A DNA stretch of 64,000 nt from Gemmatimonadota bacterium (GTDB taxonomy: Bacteria > Gemmatimonadota > Gemmatimonadetes > Gemmatimonadales > GWC2-71-9). Under the pieces are notes generated by a model that was given only the letters and a program-made list of their open reading frames with translations, did no database searches and was not told where the DNA came from. Both the position numbers and the translations under genes were made by a program. The stretch covers positions 1 to 64,000 of the forward strand of contig JAZDCZ010000182.1 in the NCBI GenBank assembly GCA_036679605.1, written 5' to 3'. Below are positions 10,810-20,839 of the stretch, piece by piece; positions within the stretch are counted from its first letter, which is position 1; every line of letters begins with the position of its first letter.

Positions 10810-10920
10810 TGGACTGTGGACTGTGGGGTGTGGGGAGTGGGGAGTACCTTCGATGTTCGAAGTTCAGTGTTCGATGTTCCCTACTCCCTACTCCCGATTA
10901 CCACTATCTTACCCCACACT
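10810..10920. repeat. Mixed 7-bp tandem repeats in a divergent intergenic region
   Basis: tggactg tggactg tggggtg tggggag tggggag / ttcgatg ttcgaag ttcagtg ttcgatg / cctactc cctactc. Confidence 0.85.
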
Positions 10921-10921
10921 C

Positions 10922-13003
10922 ATGCGATGCACTGACCACCACCTCTTGACGGCGCTCCTTCTGGGTAGCTTTGGCACTTTCGCGCCACACCTTGTGAGCG
11001 CGCAGCAAACTGAACGTGACACGCTACCTCCGATAGAACTGGAACCGGTCTCTGTCAGTGTGCTTCGAGTGTCGTCGCCGCTGCACTTGGTGCCCTACGC
11101 CGTAGATGTCGGATCCGACTCGCTCATTTCCCGGGGACAACCTCGTCTCAGTTTGGGGGAAGTGTTCATCGGAATACCGGGGGTTAGTGTGCAGAATCGT
11201 TTCAACTATGCGTTGGGTGACCGTTTGTCTATTAGGGGATTCGGTTCGCGCACCCAATTCGGAATCAGGGGTGTGAAGGTATTGGTAGACGGAGTACCGG
11301 CCACTCTCGCCGACGGACAGTCTACACTCGATCATCTGGACTTGGCGACGGTAGGTCGTGTTCAAGTCCTTCGAGGGCCCGCATCATCACTTTACGGCAA
11401 CGCTTCCGGAGGAGCGGTCATTTTCGAGACCAGTCTGCCGCCCGCAGCATCTTTTCAGCAGGAGTTCGGCACGGTCCTCGGATCAGACGGACTGGCACGA
11501 CTAGAGAGTTCTACATCGGTCCGCCAGGGACGCACGTCATTCACGCTCGACCTCACACGATTCTCATACGGCGGTTATCGCGAACACAGCGATGCCGACA
11601 AGACCAACACGAACTTCCATATGAGGTACGACGGTGAGCGTGACGCCGTGCATCTCGTAGCAAACTTTGTTGATTTTGATGCGGAGAACCCCGGGTCGCT
11701 CAGCGATTCCTTGCTTGGGGTAAACCGCAACATGGCGAATCCGTTCAATGTGATTCAGCGCACCGGCAAAGATGCTCGACAGGCGCAAGTGGGCCTCTCG
11801 TGGACTCGCCAATTAGCTGAGAGACAATTGCAGGTTGCAGGATATGGTCTGCTGCGGAACCTGTCCAACCCCATACCGGTCCGCATAGTTGAACTCGACC
11901 GCGCCGCCGGTGGGGTAAGAGGACAGCTCAGTGGCAATTCGTTTGTGGGCAAGTTTCCGATCCATTGGACTGCGGGTTTGGAAACCGATTGGCAAAGAGA
12001 CGGACGTAAGAACTTCGACAATAACGCAGGAGACAGAGGTGCTCTGTCGTTGGACCAATTGGAAACCGTTGTTGGCGTCGGCGCGTTTGTTCAAGCCAGC
12101 TCGGAGCTGGTCCGAAGAGTGCACCTCATGGCCGGCCTCCGTTACGACCGGATCCACTTCGATGCCAACGACGACCTTACTGTGGGCGACCCGGACGACT
12201 CGGGTGACCGAACGATGGATGCCGCGAGTCCGTCCGTGGGAATCCTGTTCGACGTGGGCGATCAATTGAGCGTCTACACAAACGCCAGCACATCGTTTGA
12301 AACCCCCACCACAACCGAACTCGTGAACCGTCCCGATGGAGCGGGTGGATTCAACGATGAATTGGATCCGCAGCGGGCATTCTCAGTTGAGTTCGGCTTT
12401 CGCGGCGCAGTCAACGACAAAATCAGTTTCCAGTTCGCGGTATACCGAACGAGGATAGCCGACGAGCTAATTCCGTTCGAAGTGGCTTCGCAACCCGGGC
12501 GAACGTTCTTCCGAAATGCCGGCTCGGCCATTCACAAGGGGGTTGAATTGGGAGGCGGGTTTGCCCCAGTGCCGGGAGCTGTCTTCCGGGTCGCCTACAC
12601 ATACACCGATGCGAGGTTCGATGAATTCGCCACCGACAGCGACGTATTTGACGGCAACAAGGTCCCGGGCGTAGAACCGCACCGATTGGAACTCTTCGGC
12701 TCATACAATTCGCCCTTCGGATGGTACGTTTCCGGAGAAGCCGAGTTCGCGAGCAACATGAAGGTGAACGACTCCAATCAGGCCATCTCTCCGGATTATT
12801 TGGTGGTGAACGCGCGATTTGGGCTTCGCCAAATACCTGTTGGTGCATGGACCCTGGCACCGTTTATTGGAATCTCAAATCTCTTTGACGAGAACTACAA
12901 CAGCGCTGTAACTGTAAACGCATTCGGCGGACGTTTCTTCGAGCCCGGACCCAGACGTGAGGTCTATTTCGGAACCAAACTGCGCATAGCGAGAAACCCA
13001 TAA
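10922..13003 (+). CDS. TonB-dependent outer-membrane receptor
   Basis: Signal peptide from ATG 10922; plug motifs SIRGFG, VLVDGVP, VLRGPASSLYGNASGGAV; barrel end NLFDENY...PGPRREVYFG. Confidence 0.92.
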   Translation: MRCTDHHLLTALLLGSFGTFAPHLVSAQQTERDTLPPIELEPVSVSVLRVSSPLHLVPYAVDVGSDSLISRGQPRLSLGEVFIGIPGVSVQNRFNYALGDRLSIRGFGSRTQFGIRGVKVLVDGVPATLADGQSTLDHLDLATVGRVQVLRGPASSLYGNASGGAVIFETSLPPAASFQQEFGTVLGSDGLARLESSTSVRQGRTSFTLDLTRFSYGGYREHSDADKTNTNFHMRYDGERDAVHLVANFVDFDAENPGSLSDSLLGVNRNMANPFNVIQRTGKDARQAQVGLSWTRQLAERQLQVAGYGLLRNLSNPIPVRIVELDRAAGGVRGQLSGNSFVGKFPIHWTAGLETDWQRDGRKNFDNNAGDRGALSLDQLETVVGVGAFVQASSELVRRVHLMAGLRYDRIHFDANDDLTVGDPDDSGDRTMDAASPSVGILFDVGDQLSVYTNASTSFETPTTTELVNRPDGAGGFNDELDPQRAFSVEFGFRGAVNDKISFQFAVYRTRIADELIPFEVASQPGRTFFRNAGSAIHKGVELGGGFAPVPGAVFRVAYTYTDARFDEFATDSDVFDGNKVPGVEPHRLELFGSYNSPFGWYVSGEAEFASNMKVNDSNQAISPDYLVVNARFGLRQIPVGAWTLAPFIGISNLFDENYNSAVTVNAFGGRFFEPGPRREVYFGTKLRIARNP

Positions 13004-13131
13004 ACGCACCGTCGCGGGACCTTGCCCTTTGCTGCCCGCAACGCTAAATACCATGCCTCAGTGCAACGTCGCACAGAATGCCGCGCGGCTTTGTCGCGCA
13101 GACTTTCAGCTCGAAAAAGGGGGTTGGGTCT

Positions 13132-13542
13132 GTGTCATCAGCTGGAATTTCGTATCTACTAGAACTATACGACTGCCCGTCTGAGATACTAAACGACGAG
13201 ACGTACATAAGTGCAATGCTCCGTGAGGCTGTGGTGCACGCTAAGACCACACTACTGAACGGAGCATCGCATCAGTTCAGTCCGCAGGGAGTCACCGCGC
13301 TTGCCCTGTTGGCAGAGTCTCACATCTCTATCCACACCTGGCCGGAACTCGGCTATGCCGCGGTGGACATCTTCACCTGTGGGCGTCACGCTAGGCCGGT
13401 CCAGGCGTGTGACTACCTGGTGAAGGCCCTGCAGGCTCGACGCCATTCGGTCCAACGTGTGGAACGCGGAATCGGTCTGGGCACCAAGGCTTCCCAGTTG
13501 GGAACCGGGCCCGTCGCAGAGACCGTGCTGACAGCGCTGTAG
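13132..13542 (+). CDS. speD: S-adenosylmethionine decarboxylase proenzyme
   Basis: F-S-PQGVT...LAESHISIHTWPE...AVDIFTCG signature. Start uncertain: GTG 13132 after AAGGGGG, or ATG 13078. Confidence 0.93.
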   Translation: MSSAGISYLLELYDCPSEILNDETYISAMLREAVVHAKTTLLNGASHQFSPQGVTALALLAESHISIHTWPELGYAAVDIFTCGRHARPVQACDYLVKALQARRHSVQRVERGIGLGTKASQLGTGPVAETVLTAL

Positions 13543-13550
13543 GCATAGAG

Positions 13551-14468
13551 ATGGACGGCCCTATGCGTCGGGCCAAATTTTCGGTCGACGACGCCGGCAC
13601 TGGAGATGGATACCGGTACACAGTCTCCCGGATCCTGACTTGGAAGCGGACGCGCTACCAGGACCTCGCCATAGTAGATACACCATTCTTTGGGCGTGCC
13701 CTTTTGCTGGACGGGAACTGGCAATCTTGCACCACCGACGAATTCCTCTACCACGAACCTCTCGTCCACCCCGCCATGCTTCTGCACGGCTCCCCCCGCA
13801 AGGTGGCAGTTTTGGGAGGCGGAGAGGGTGCGACGATTCGTGAGGTACTGAAATGGAGTAGTGTAGAGCGGGTCGTCATGGTCGACTTGGACGGCGAGGT
13901 AGTAGACGCATGCAAACAACACCTCCCCGAAATGCACTGCGGCGCATTCGATGACCCGAGGGTGGAGCTGATCTTGGGCAACGCCATGGATTGGCTCGAC
14001 TCCAGCGAAGAGCGGTTCGATGTGGTGATTTCGGACCTGTCGGAGCCGCTGGAGGACGGTCCCTCTTTCCGCCTGTTTACACGGGAATATTTCCAGCAGG
14101 TGCGCAGCGTGATGGAACCAGATGGTTTCTTTGCTTTGCAAGCCGGATCAGTAGCGCCGACTGAAATCCACCTGTTTGCCCGCGTCGCATGTACCGTTGG
14201 CTCCGTCTTCGGACAAGTAAGACCCTACTCGTCGGCAATTCCGAGCTTCGCCTCGCCCTGGGGATTCATCATCGCGTCCAACTCCTCCGTCGATCCGCTC
14301 CCGCAACCTGATGACGTCAGCCGCATTTTGCGCGATTCGACGACGGGTAAACTCAAGATGTTGGATGGAGACGCGTTCGTAGGACTGTTCATGATCTCGG
14401 CACACATTCGACATGCCGTCGAACAGGAGACCACCGTCTACACGCTCCAGGATCCGCCGCAGCTGTAG
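13551..14468 (+). CDS. speE: Spermidine synthase / polyamine aminopropyltransferase
   Basis: LLLDG, YHEPLVHP, VLGGGEGAT, FDVVISD motifs; adjacent to speD. Confidence 0.92.
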   Translation: MDGPMRRAKFSVDDAGTGDGYRYTVSRILTWKRTRYQDLAIVDTPFFGRALLLDGNWQSCTTDEFLYHEPLVHPAMLLHGSPRKVAVLGGGEGATIREVLKWSSVERVVMVDLDGEVVDACKQHLPEMHCGAFDDPRVELILGNAMDWLDSSEERFDVVISDLSEPLEDGPSFRLFTREYFQQVRSVMEPDGFFALQAGSVAPTEIHLFARVACTVGSVFGQVRPYSSAIPSFASPWGFIIASNSSVDPLPQPDDVSRILRDSTTGKLKMLDGDAFVGLFMISAHIRHAVEQETTVYTLQDPPQL

Positions 14469-14819
14469 CTCAGCGCAACGTCCCCTCACAGAAAAAACTT
14501 GGAAATTGGACAAGAAGAATGGGCGCCCGGCCTGGGACCACATTTGCCGAACGCCCTGTCCCCTGTTGGGGAACTTATACAAGCGGTGTGGCGCCGGCCT
14601 GGAGACGAACCGACGCCCTCACCGGTTACTAACACTCTGCTAGTTCTGTTGTCCAGACAGAACCTTATCACCAAGGGTGCGACCGACCATGACTCTCAGA
14701 GTCGCCCTCATGCCATCACCCCGGCGGAGAGTGCAATCGCAAGGTATCCCAGACAACATGAAGCCGGCGTGAAACAAGTATGAAGATCAGTCGCTGGAAA
14801 TGGACCCCGAAAGACGGCC

Positions 14820-15545
14820 TCAAGCCGCCGGTCGCAGCGGCCCCCCCGCGAGGGCCTCTGGCCTGGAGGCGAACAAACACCGCATCGCAAACACACACTC
14901 CACATCAAACTGAGAACCAGCGTTCTCCTCTAATTCGTCGAGCGCGAAATCTAAAGCCAGAGGAGCGCGATAGGACCGAGCGCTGGTCATAGCGTCGAAC
15001 GCATCGGCCACACAGACAATTCTGGCGGACAACGGGATCTCGTTGCCCATCAAGCCATCCGGAATTCCTCGCCCGTCGACACGCTCATGGTGCCAACGCA
15101 CCACCGTCAAGACGAATGATCCGCGGGGAAATAACCTTCGGAGCATGCGTTCACCGATCACGGGATGCTCCATGACCATTGCGTACTCTTGGTCGGTGAG
15201 GGCTCCCTGCTTGCGCAAGAGATCACTGGATACTCCGAGTTTCCCGATGTCATGCAGCTCTCCGGCCAGCCGCATGCGGGACACATCGCACGAGCGCAAT
15301 TCGAGCCGGCGCGCAATCCCAGCCGCATACGCTCCGACCCGCCTCGAGTGTGCCCAGGTGTACCGATCTTTCGTCTTCAACGAGTGGAGAAGTTGACCGA
15401 CCAGAAGATCTAGGGCCTCGAGTTCCGGAACGTACGCGTCACTCGACACGTTGGGCTGGTAGCGGCTTCGCCTGCGCTTCGGAACGACGGCAAACGAGGG
15501 ATGCATCGAGTGCGAACTGCCGGCGGCTACGATTGCCTGTCTCAC
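14820..15545 (-). CDS. Stand-alone HD-GYP domain phosphodiesterase
   Basis: HSRRV, LHDIGK, HHERVDGRGIP, VADAFDAMTS.RSY; GGAGGA RBS 7 nt before GTG 15545. Confidence 0.88.
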   Translation of the reverse strand: MRQAIVAAGSSHSMHPSFAVVPKRRRSRYQPNVSSDAYVPELEALDLLVGQLLHSLKTKDRYTWAHSRRVGAYAAGIARRLELRSCDVSRMRLAGELHDIGKLGVSSDLLRKQGALTDQEYAMVMEHPVIGERMLRRLFPRGSFVLTVVRWHHERVDGRGIPDGLMGNEIPLSARIVCVADAFDAMTSARSYRAPLALDFALDELEENAGSQFDVECVFAMRCLFASRPEALAGGPLRPAA

Positions 15546-15638
15546 TGGAACGTCCTCCCGAATGCGGTTATGGGCTCGCCTTTGGATGGCTGCGTCGCCC
15601 TGTTGTGATCTGTGCCACTGCGGCCACAGTTCCATTGG

Positions 15639-15653
15639 GCAATGTTGAGACCA
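15639..15653 (-). promoter_or_regulatory. sigma54 (-24/-12) promoter for the HD-GYP gene
   Basis: Minus strand TGG-TCTCAACATT-GC (GG-N10-GC with TTGC). Confidence 0.65.
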
Positions 15654-15668
15654 ATCGTACCAACCTCA

Positions 15669-15693
15669 TAACTCATTGATTTACAATGTGTTA
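15669..15693. promoter_or_regulatory. IHF binding site(s) between divergent sigma54 promoters
   Basis: Minus strand AATCAATGAGTTA matches WATCAANNNNTTR exactly; abutting plus-strand TTACAATGTGTTA is a near match. Confidence 0.7.
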
Positions 15694-15718
15694 ATGACGG
15701 GAACGCAGCAATGACGCA

Positions 15719-15733
15719 TGGTACGCTTCGTGC
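15719..15733 (+). promoter_or_regulatory. sigma54 (-24/-12) promoter for the EBP-lipoprotein-TPR genes
   Basis: TGG-TACGCTTCGT-GC (GG-N10-GC). Confidence 0.65.
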
Positions 15734-15915
15734 GACACTGGGTCAAAGCGACCCAACTTCGTCTCCTAAGACCCTTTCCGTCGGAGGCTAGACGCTGACG
15801 GTTGTCGGTGGGTCAGCCGGAACGAATCGACCCGCAGTGGTACGAAGTGACCCATGTGTCGCCGAGGGAGACGAATACGCAACTGGTTACTACGGTTCAA
15901 CTTGGAGGACACACT

Positions 15916-17280
15916 GTGGCAGGAATGGATTCTGCGTCGGAAGAGCAAGTGAACCAACTACGGATTCTGGTGGTGAAACTTTCCGATTCTTTCTCTGACG
16001 TGTGGCGCCAACTCGGCAACGATCTGGATGTGGGGGTTGCGTTGTGTGAGGAATCCGAGCTGCAGTCCACACAGTCCGACATTGCCGCGGTACTCCTCGC
16101 GGCGGGCGGTGCTGAGCAGGAAGTTCTCGCGTGGCTCGACCGGCACGACACTCCAATTGATATACCAACTTTTGCAGTGGGCTCGGATACCGGCAGACGC
16201 ACCGCCATACAGATAGCTGCTCGTGGAGTTAGCGACTATTTTGCTCTGCCCGAAGATATCGAACTGCTGCGCAACGCACTCGGCGCTGCCGTGGAGCGCC
16301 GCCATGAAGCCCTCCGTCGCACCGCGACGCGACGCGACGAGGCAAAGACGAAGGCATTCTCACGGATCATTGGCGATAGCGTAGCGCTCAAAGATGTTCT
16401 TTCCCGCGCGGCTCGTTTGCTCCCTCATCCTGACGCCACGGTATTGCTGGCTGGCGCGACCGGTACGGGCAAGGAGTTGTTGGCACAGGCGATCCACGAA
16501 GGCGGGCCACGCAGGGGGTCGCCATTTGTCCCCGTCAACTGCTCGGCATTGCCCGATCATCTAATAGAATCGGAATTATTCGGACACGAACGCGGCGCGT
16601 TCACGGACGCGCATAGCACCAAGCCTGGCCTGTTCGAAGTGGCTGACGGCGGCACGCTCTTCCTCGACGAAATAGGAACGCTTGCCGTCAACGTGCAGGC
16701 CAAACTGTTGCGCGTGCTTCAGGACAAACAAATACGTCGGGTCGGTGGCACCAGAACCCGCAAGGTGGACATAAGAATCATCGCGGCAACCAACGACGAT
16801 CTCAATCAGGCCATACAAGAGGGTGCCTTCCGAGAGGACCTGTACTATCGCATTGGTGTGATCACTCTGACGTTGCCCAAACTTTGCGATCGCGGTCAGG
16901 ATGTGATCCTCATCGCGGGCGCGCTGCTGGAACGTCTTGCCAAGCAACATCGCCTTCCCACGCCAGCCCTGTCGCCCGAGATACGCCGCGTTTTACTCGG
17001 ATATCATTGGCCAGGGAACGTCAGGGAACTCAAGAACGCCGTTGAGCGGGCCCTACTGCTTTCTCCCAAGGGGCAGTTGGATTTCCACGAGCTGCTGCCG
17101 CAAACCGATCTCCCGACGCAAAGCACGGGACCGATTCCGTTCCCGGCCCAGCTCGATCAGATCACGATCGCCGCAGCTCAGGCAACCGTCGAACTATGTA
17201 GCGGTAACCGTAGTGCCGCGGCGCGGCGCTTGGATATCTCCCGTCGTCGGCTGCGAAGGTTGCTCACGGCGAACTTTTGA
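15916..17280 (+). CDS. sigma54-dependent enhancer-binding protein with degenerate receiver-like N-terminus
   Basis: GATGTGKE Walker [31 protein letters not shown]-terminal Fis-like HTH; GGAGGA RBS before GTG 15916. Confidence 0.92.
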   Translation: MAGMDSASEEQVNQLRILVVKLSDSFSDVWRQLGNDLDVGVALCEESELQSTQSDIAAVLLAAGGAEQEVLAWLDRHDTPIDIPTFAVGSDTGRRTAIQIAARGVSDYFALPEDIELLRNALGAAVERRHEALRRTATRRDEAKTKAFSRIIGDSVALKDVLSRAARLLPHPDATVLLAGATGTGKELLAQAIHEGGPRRGSPFVPVNCSALPDHLIESELFGHERGAFTDAHSTKPGLFEVADGGTLFLDEIGTLAVNVQAKLLRVLQDKQIRRVGGTRTRKVDIRIIAATNDDLNQAIQEGAFREDLYYRIGVITLTLPKLCDRGQDVILIAGALLERLAKQHRLPTPALSPEIRRVLLGYHWPGNVRELKNAVERALLLSPKGQLDFHELLPQTDLPTQSTGPIPFPAQLDQITIAAAQATVELCSGNRSAAARRLDISRRRLRRLLTANF

Positions 17281-17310
17281 CTGCATGACGGATGTAAGGA
17301 GGTAAATACA

Positions 17311-17985
17311 ATGTCTCGGTTGTTTCGCGTTCTTCCGGTCGGCGTGGCACTGTTCTTCGCCGCGTGCTCCGACGGCACAGGGCCACCGGATCCAAATCTG
17401 GTGAGCCAAGAACCGACCCTGGGGTCTGTGGTCGGTGAGGGAGTAGACGGCGGCGCGCTCCACAGGCTGCGACAGGGTGCGAGTATTGCTACCAGGCAGA
17501 GGCAGTTTCTGCTCGCCAATGGCACCCTGGCGTCCAGTGTGCAAGCATCACCCGACGTCTACGAGGTGAACTTCTGGGCCGTGCGCGGCAAAGAGAGTAC
17601 GGTCACGGTAAACTATGAAGCCGACTCCAGCGGGACGACACGTCCATTGCTGCGCTTCAACATCCCGAAAGACGGACTCAAGTTGCATCCTGACGGGCGC
17701 AAGTTCGGCAAACAAGATTCGATTCTGGTCACGCTTAGGGTAGATCTGTCAAGCTTCTCTGTTGACTTCGGGCCTTCGGGACTCGTGTTCGACGCTCACC
17801 ACCCAGCAGAACTCGAGATCTGGTACACGGGAGCAGCAGATCCCGTGCCGGTCAATCTGCTCAATCTGTGGTACCAACAGGATGACGGGATGCTGTGGTA
17901 TCAGATCACATCCCAACACGACACCGCCGTGAAGTGGTTCAAGACGTACCTGTTCCACTTCTCCAACTACGCAATCTCTTGGTAA
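17311..17985 (+). CDS. Lipoprotein of unknown function ending in HFSNYAISW
   Basis: AAGGAGGT RBS; lipobox FFAAC; C-terminal HFS motif. Confidence 0.85.
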   Translation: MSRLFRVLPVGVALFFAACSDGTGPPDPNLVSQEPTLGSVVGEGVDGGALHRLRQGASIATRQRQFLLANGTLASSVQASPDVYEVNFWAVRGKESTVTVNYEADSSGTTRPLLRFNIPKDGLKLHPDGRKFGKQDSILVTLRVDLSSFSVDFGPSGLVFDAHHPAELEIWYTGAADPVPVNLLNLWYQQDDGMLWYQITSQHDTAVKWFKTYLFHFSNYAISW

Positions 17986-17999
17986 CTGTGGATCGAGAC

Positions 18000-18992
18000 A
18001 TGCTTAGGTCACTCGAATACTTGAAGAAGGCGCATCAGTACGCCGAGACAGGGCAGCACGCGGCGGTGGTGGATTGCCTGGGTGAACGGCCGCGTGAGGA
18101 GTTGGAAGACTCGCCGACGATGTCGTTGTTGTTTGGGACGGCACAGGCACGACTCGGGCGACATGAAGAGGGGAAGAGATGGGTGGAACTAGCGCTGGAT
18201 CGCTCGCGCGAGCGTGCAGACCGGGCCATTGAAGCCCGCGCGTTGAACGTTCGCGGCGCAATAGCACTGGTGGCCGGAAGGATAGATGAGGCGGCAAGAT
18301 ACCTCACCGAAGCACTGGCGGCCGCGAAGCGAGATGGCGACAACGCCACAGTAGGCCGGTGCTCGAACAATCTTGGGATCATCTACAACCTTCGCGGTGA
18401 ATACGCCCAAGCGATCGGATCCTACACAATGGCAATGGCTGCGTTTCAGCAAGCCGGTCTGGAACGAGGAGTTGCCGAGACCCATCACAATCTCGCCATC
18501 ACTTACCGTGACCGAGGCGACTTGGAGCGGGGCTTGGAGGAGTCCGATCACGCGGTGGAACGAGCTTCGAGCGTGGGTGACGCGTCACTGAGTGCGCAGA
18601 CCGTCGCGGGACGGGCAGAAATCCGGGCGCTCGCGGGAGACTCCGATCTGGCTCTCAAGGAGGTCGAGCGCGCGCTTGCAGAGCACAGGGAACTCGGTGA
18701 CACGGTGGAGGAGGCTCACGATCTCAGAATCAAGGCGTTGGCGCTGGCAGCGCGCGGAGAAGTCGATCAAACCAAGGAACTGCTGCGGGACGTCATCGGA
18801 CGTGCTCGTGAGGCACAGCGGCCGCTCCTCACGGCCCTGGCTTCACGTGACCTCGCAAAGCTGCTGCATGAGAGCGGTGCAAATCAGTCCGACGTCGACA
18901 AGATCGCGCGTCAGACCCGAGTGTTGTTCAATCAACTTGGCGCACGTGCGGAGATCGAGAAGCTCGATGAAATGATGGCGCGCAAGTCCTAG
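18000..18992 (+). CDS. Tetratricopeptide-repeat protein
   Basis: Helical repeats ALNVRGAI, CSNNLGII, THHNLAIT; ATG 18000 just after the lipoprotein stop. Confidence 0.87.
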   Translation: MLRSLEYLKKAHQYAETGQHAAVVDCLGERPREELEDSPTMSLLFGTAQARLGRHEEGKRWVELALDRSRERADRAIEARALNVRGAIALVAGRIDEAARYLTEALAAAKRDGDNATVGRCSNNLGIIYNLRGEYAQAIGSYTMAMAAFQQAGLERGVAETHHNLAITYRDRGDLERGLEESDHAVERASSVGDASLSAQTVAGRAEIRALAGDSDLALKEVERALAEHRELGDTVEEAHDLRIKALALAARGEVDQTKELLRDVIGRAREAQRPLLTALASRDLAKLLHESGANQSDVDKIARQTRVLFNQLGARAEIEKLDEMMARKS

Positions 18993-19036
18993 TCGGACAC
19001 CCTCAGGACCCACCGCCAGCGATGTCATGGCATTTA

Positions 19037-19351
19037 TCACCCCCCATAAAAGATATGAATCGAACTTATCTCTTCGCCGAAGTGGCGATCCAGAAATCCC
19101 AAGATCGCGTCGAGCAGCTGCCACTCGACATCCGACTTGATTTCCAGCTGAACGACCTCTCCCATACCCCTCGCGATTTTCACATATCCGGGATACCGGG
19201 AGTGGACCCACCGCGCTCGATCTCTCGTCTTCTTGCCGCTCCGCCTCCAAGTCCCCAGATCTCTGCGCCTTAGATCTGCCTCTTTCCTGACCAGCTCAGC
19301 GTAAAGGTTGTACTCTTCGCGTGGGATCACCTGTACCAGCCTCATAAGCAC
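19037..19351 (-). CDS. Hypothetical protein
   Basis: 104-aa ORF with GAAGGA RBS and protein-like composition, filling the intergenic gap. Confidence 0.65.
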   Translation of the reverse strand: MLMRLVQVIPREEYNLYAELVRKEADLRRRDLGTWRRSGKKTRDRARWVHSRYPGYVKIARGMGEVVQLEIKSDVEWQLLDAILGFLDRHFGEEISSIHIFYGG

Positions 19352-19497
19352 GTCCTTCCGGGCTCTTTCATAATGGATACGAGCCAGCCGTGTCCGCGAA
19401 CCACCTCCACTACGATAAGACCAATCGGCTCAAGGAGCCATAGTCGCGACGGCACATCCCACGCAACCATTCAGTAACGGCACGCATCTAACGGACT

Positions 19498-20802
19498 ATG
19501 ATTGACGGACAAAACAGGACGACGACAACTAATAGTGTGGCTTTGATGACCGCGGCGTCGGCGATCATGGGAATGATTGCCTGTGCTGGTTCCGGCTCCA
19601 CCAAGCCATCTGAATTCTGGCAAGCCGAGATCGACACAGTGGGAGACACTGTGGTGGTGCATACGGTCTCTGGTAGCGTGTGGGGAGATACTGCGGAGTT
19701 GGTACCGGGCGTAGCCATTGGAGTACTCGAAGGACCGGACGAATACATCTTTGGAAGTATCCAATCTCTCGCCGTTGGAAACAGCGGCTCAATTTACGTT
19801 TTCGATCAACAGGTCCCAGCCATGCGAGCCTATTCGGCAGACGGCGAATACATGTTTGACCTCGGACGAGAGGGAGCGGGACCCGGTGAGTTCAAGCAAC
19901 CCGATGGGCTCGCTGTGCTCCCCGACGGACGAGTCATCGTGCGGGACCCCGGGAACGTGCGAATCACGGTCTATTCACCCTCGGGGGAGTTTCTCGAAGA
20001 CTGGCGACACCCCGGAGGAGGCGGTTTCAACACGAGTCGTCAGTTCTACGTCGACACCGCCGGCAACAGCTACCCCATGGTCTTGATGGATCGTGAGGCA
20101 CAGATTATCGACTGGCGTTATGGACTGGCCCGCATCTCTTCCACCGGAGAACACACGGATACCGTCGCTGCCCCGACCTGGAACTATGAATTGCCACGCG
20201 TCGTGGCCCGGAGCGAGAATAGTTCGAGCAGCAACCGGGTGCCCTACAATCCAGATGTAACCTGGACGTTCAGCCCGCTCGGGTACATGGTAGGTGGCTT
20301 GAGCACGGACTACCGGATCGATCTTTTCAAACCAAACCAGTCTGTGCTAAGAATAGAAAGAGACTGGATTTCCGTCCCGGTAAAGCGGGAAGAAAAAGCT
20401 GAACGCCGTCGTCGCATCACTCAGAATTTCAAGCGACGTTTTCCCGGATGGAAGTGGAACGGACCGTCTATCCCGAACACTAAGCCACCGTTCCGCGGGA
20501 TATTCGTTGACGACGGCGGGCGCATTTGGGTTACGGTGTCCCAGAAAGGCCGAGCTACGATGACGGCGGAGGAGGTGCGGGCCGCCGAGGAGTTGTCGGG
20601 CCGACCGCAACTCCGCTTCCGAGAACCACTGGGCTTCGACGTCTTCGAGCCGGATGGCCGCTTCCTGGGATATGTACGCGTTCCTGACACGTTTCGGGAA
20701 TCGCCTCAGCCGGTCGTTCGTGGAGACACCGTATGGGCCGTGACGCGGGACGACCTGGACGTCGCCAGAGTCGTGCGGTTTGACCTGACACACCACGATT
20801 GA
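19498..20802 (+). CDS. Exported 6-bladed beta-propeller (NHL-like) lipoprotein
   Basis: MIAC lipobox-like motif; LGREGAGPGEFKQPDGLAV, DVFEPDGRFLG. Start may be slightly downstream. Confidence 0.85.
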   Translation: MIDGQNRTTTTNSVALMTAASAIMGMIACAGSGSTKPSEFWQAEIDTVGDTVVVHTVSGSVWGDTAELVPGVAIGVLEGPDEYIFGSIQSLAVGNSGSIYVFDQQVPAMRAYSADGEYMFDLGREGAGPGEFKQPDGLAVLPDGRVIVRDPGNVRITVYSPSGEFLEDWRHPGGGGFNTSRQFYVDTAGNSYPMVLMDREAQIIDWRYGLARISSTGEHTDTVAAPTWNYELPRVVARSENSSSSNRVPYNPDVTWTFSPLGYMVGGLSTDYRIDLFKPNQSVLRIERDWISVPVKREEKAERRRRITQNFKRRFPGWKWNGPSIPNTKPPFRGIFVDDGGRIWVTVSQKGRATMTAEEVRAAEELSGRPQLRFREPLGFDVFEPDGRFLGYVRVPDTFRESPQPVVRGDTVWAVTRDDLDVARVVRFDLTHHD

Positions 20803-20839
20803 AGATGCGGAACAAATCGGCTGCTATTACTGTCTAAGC

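Noticed and set aside
10775..10921. ORF-track N-terminal extension of the TonB receptor
   Set aside because: Translates intergenic heptamer repeats; the signal peptide begins at ATG 10922.
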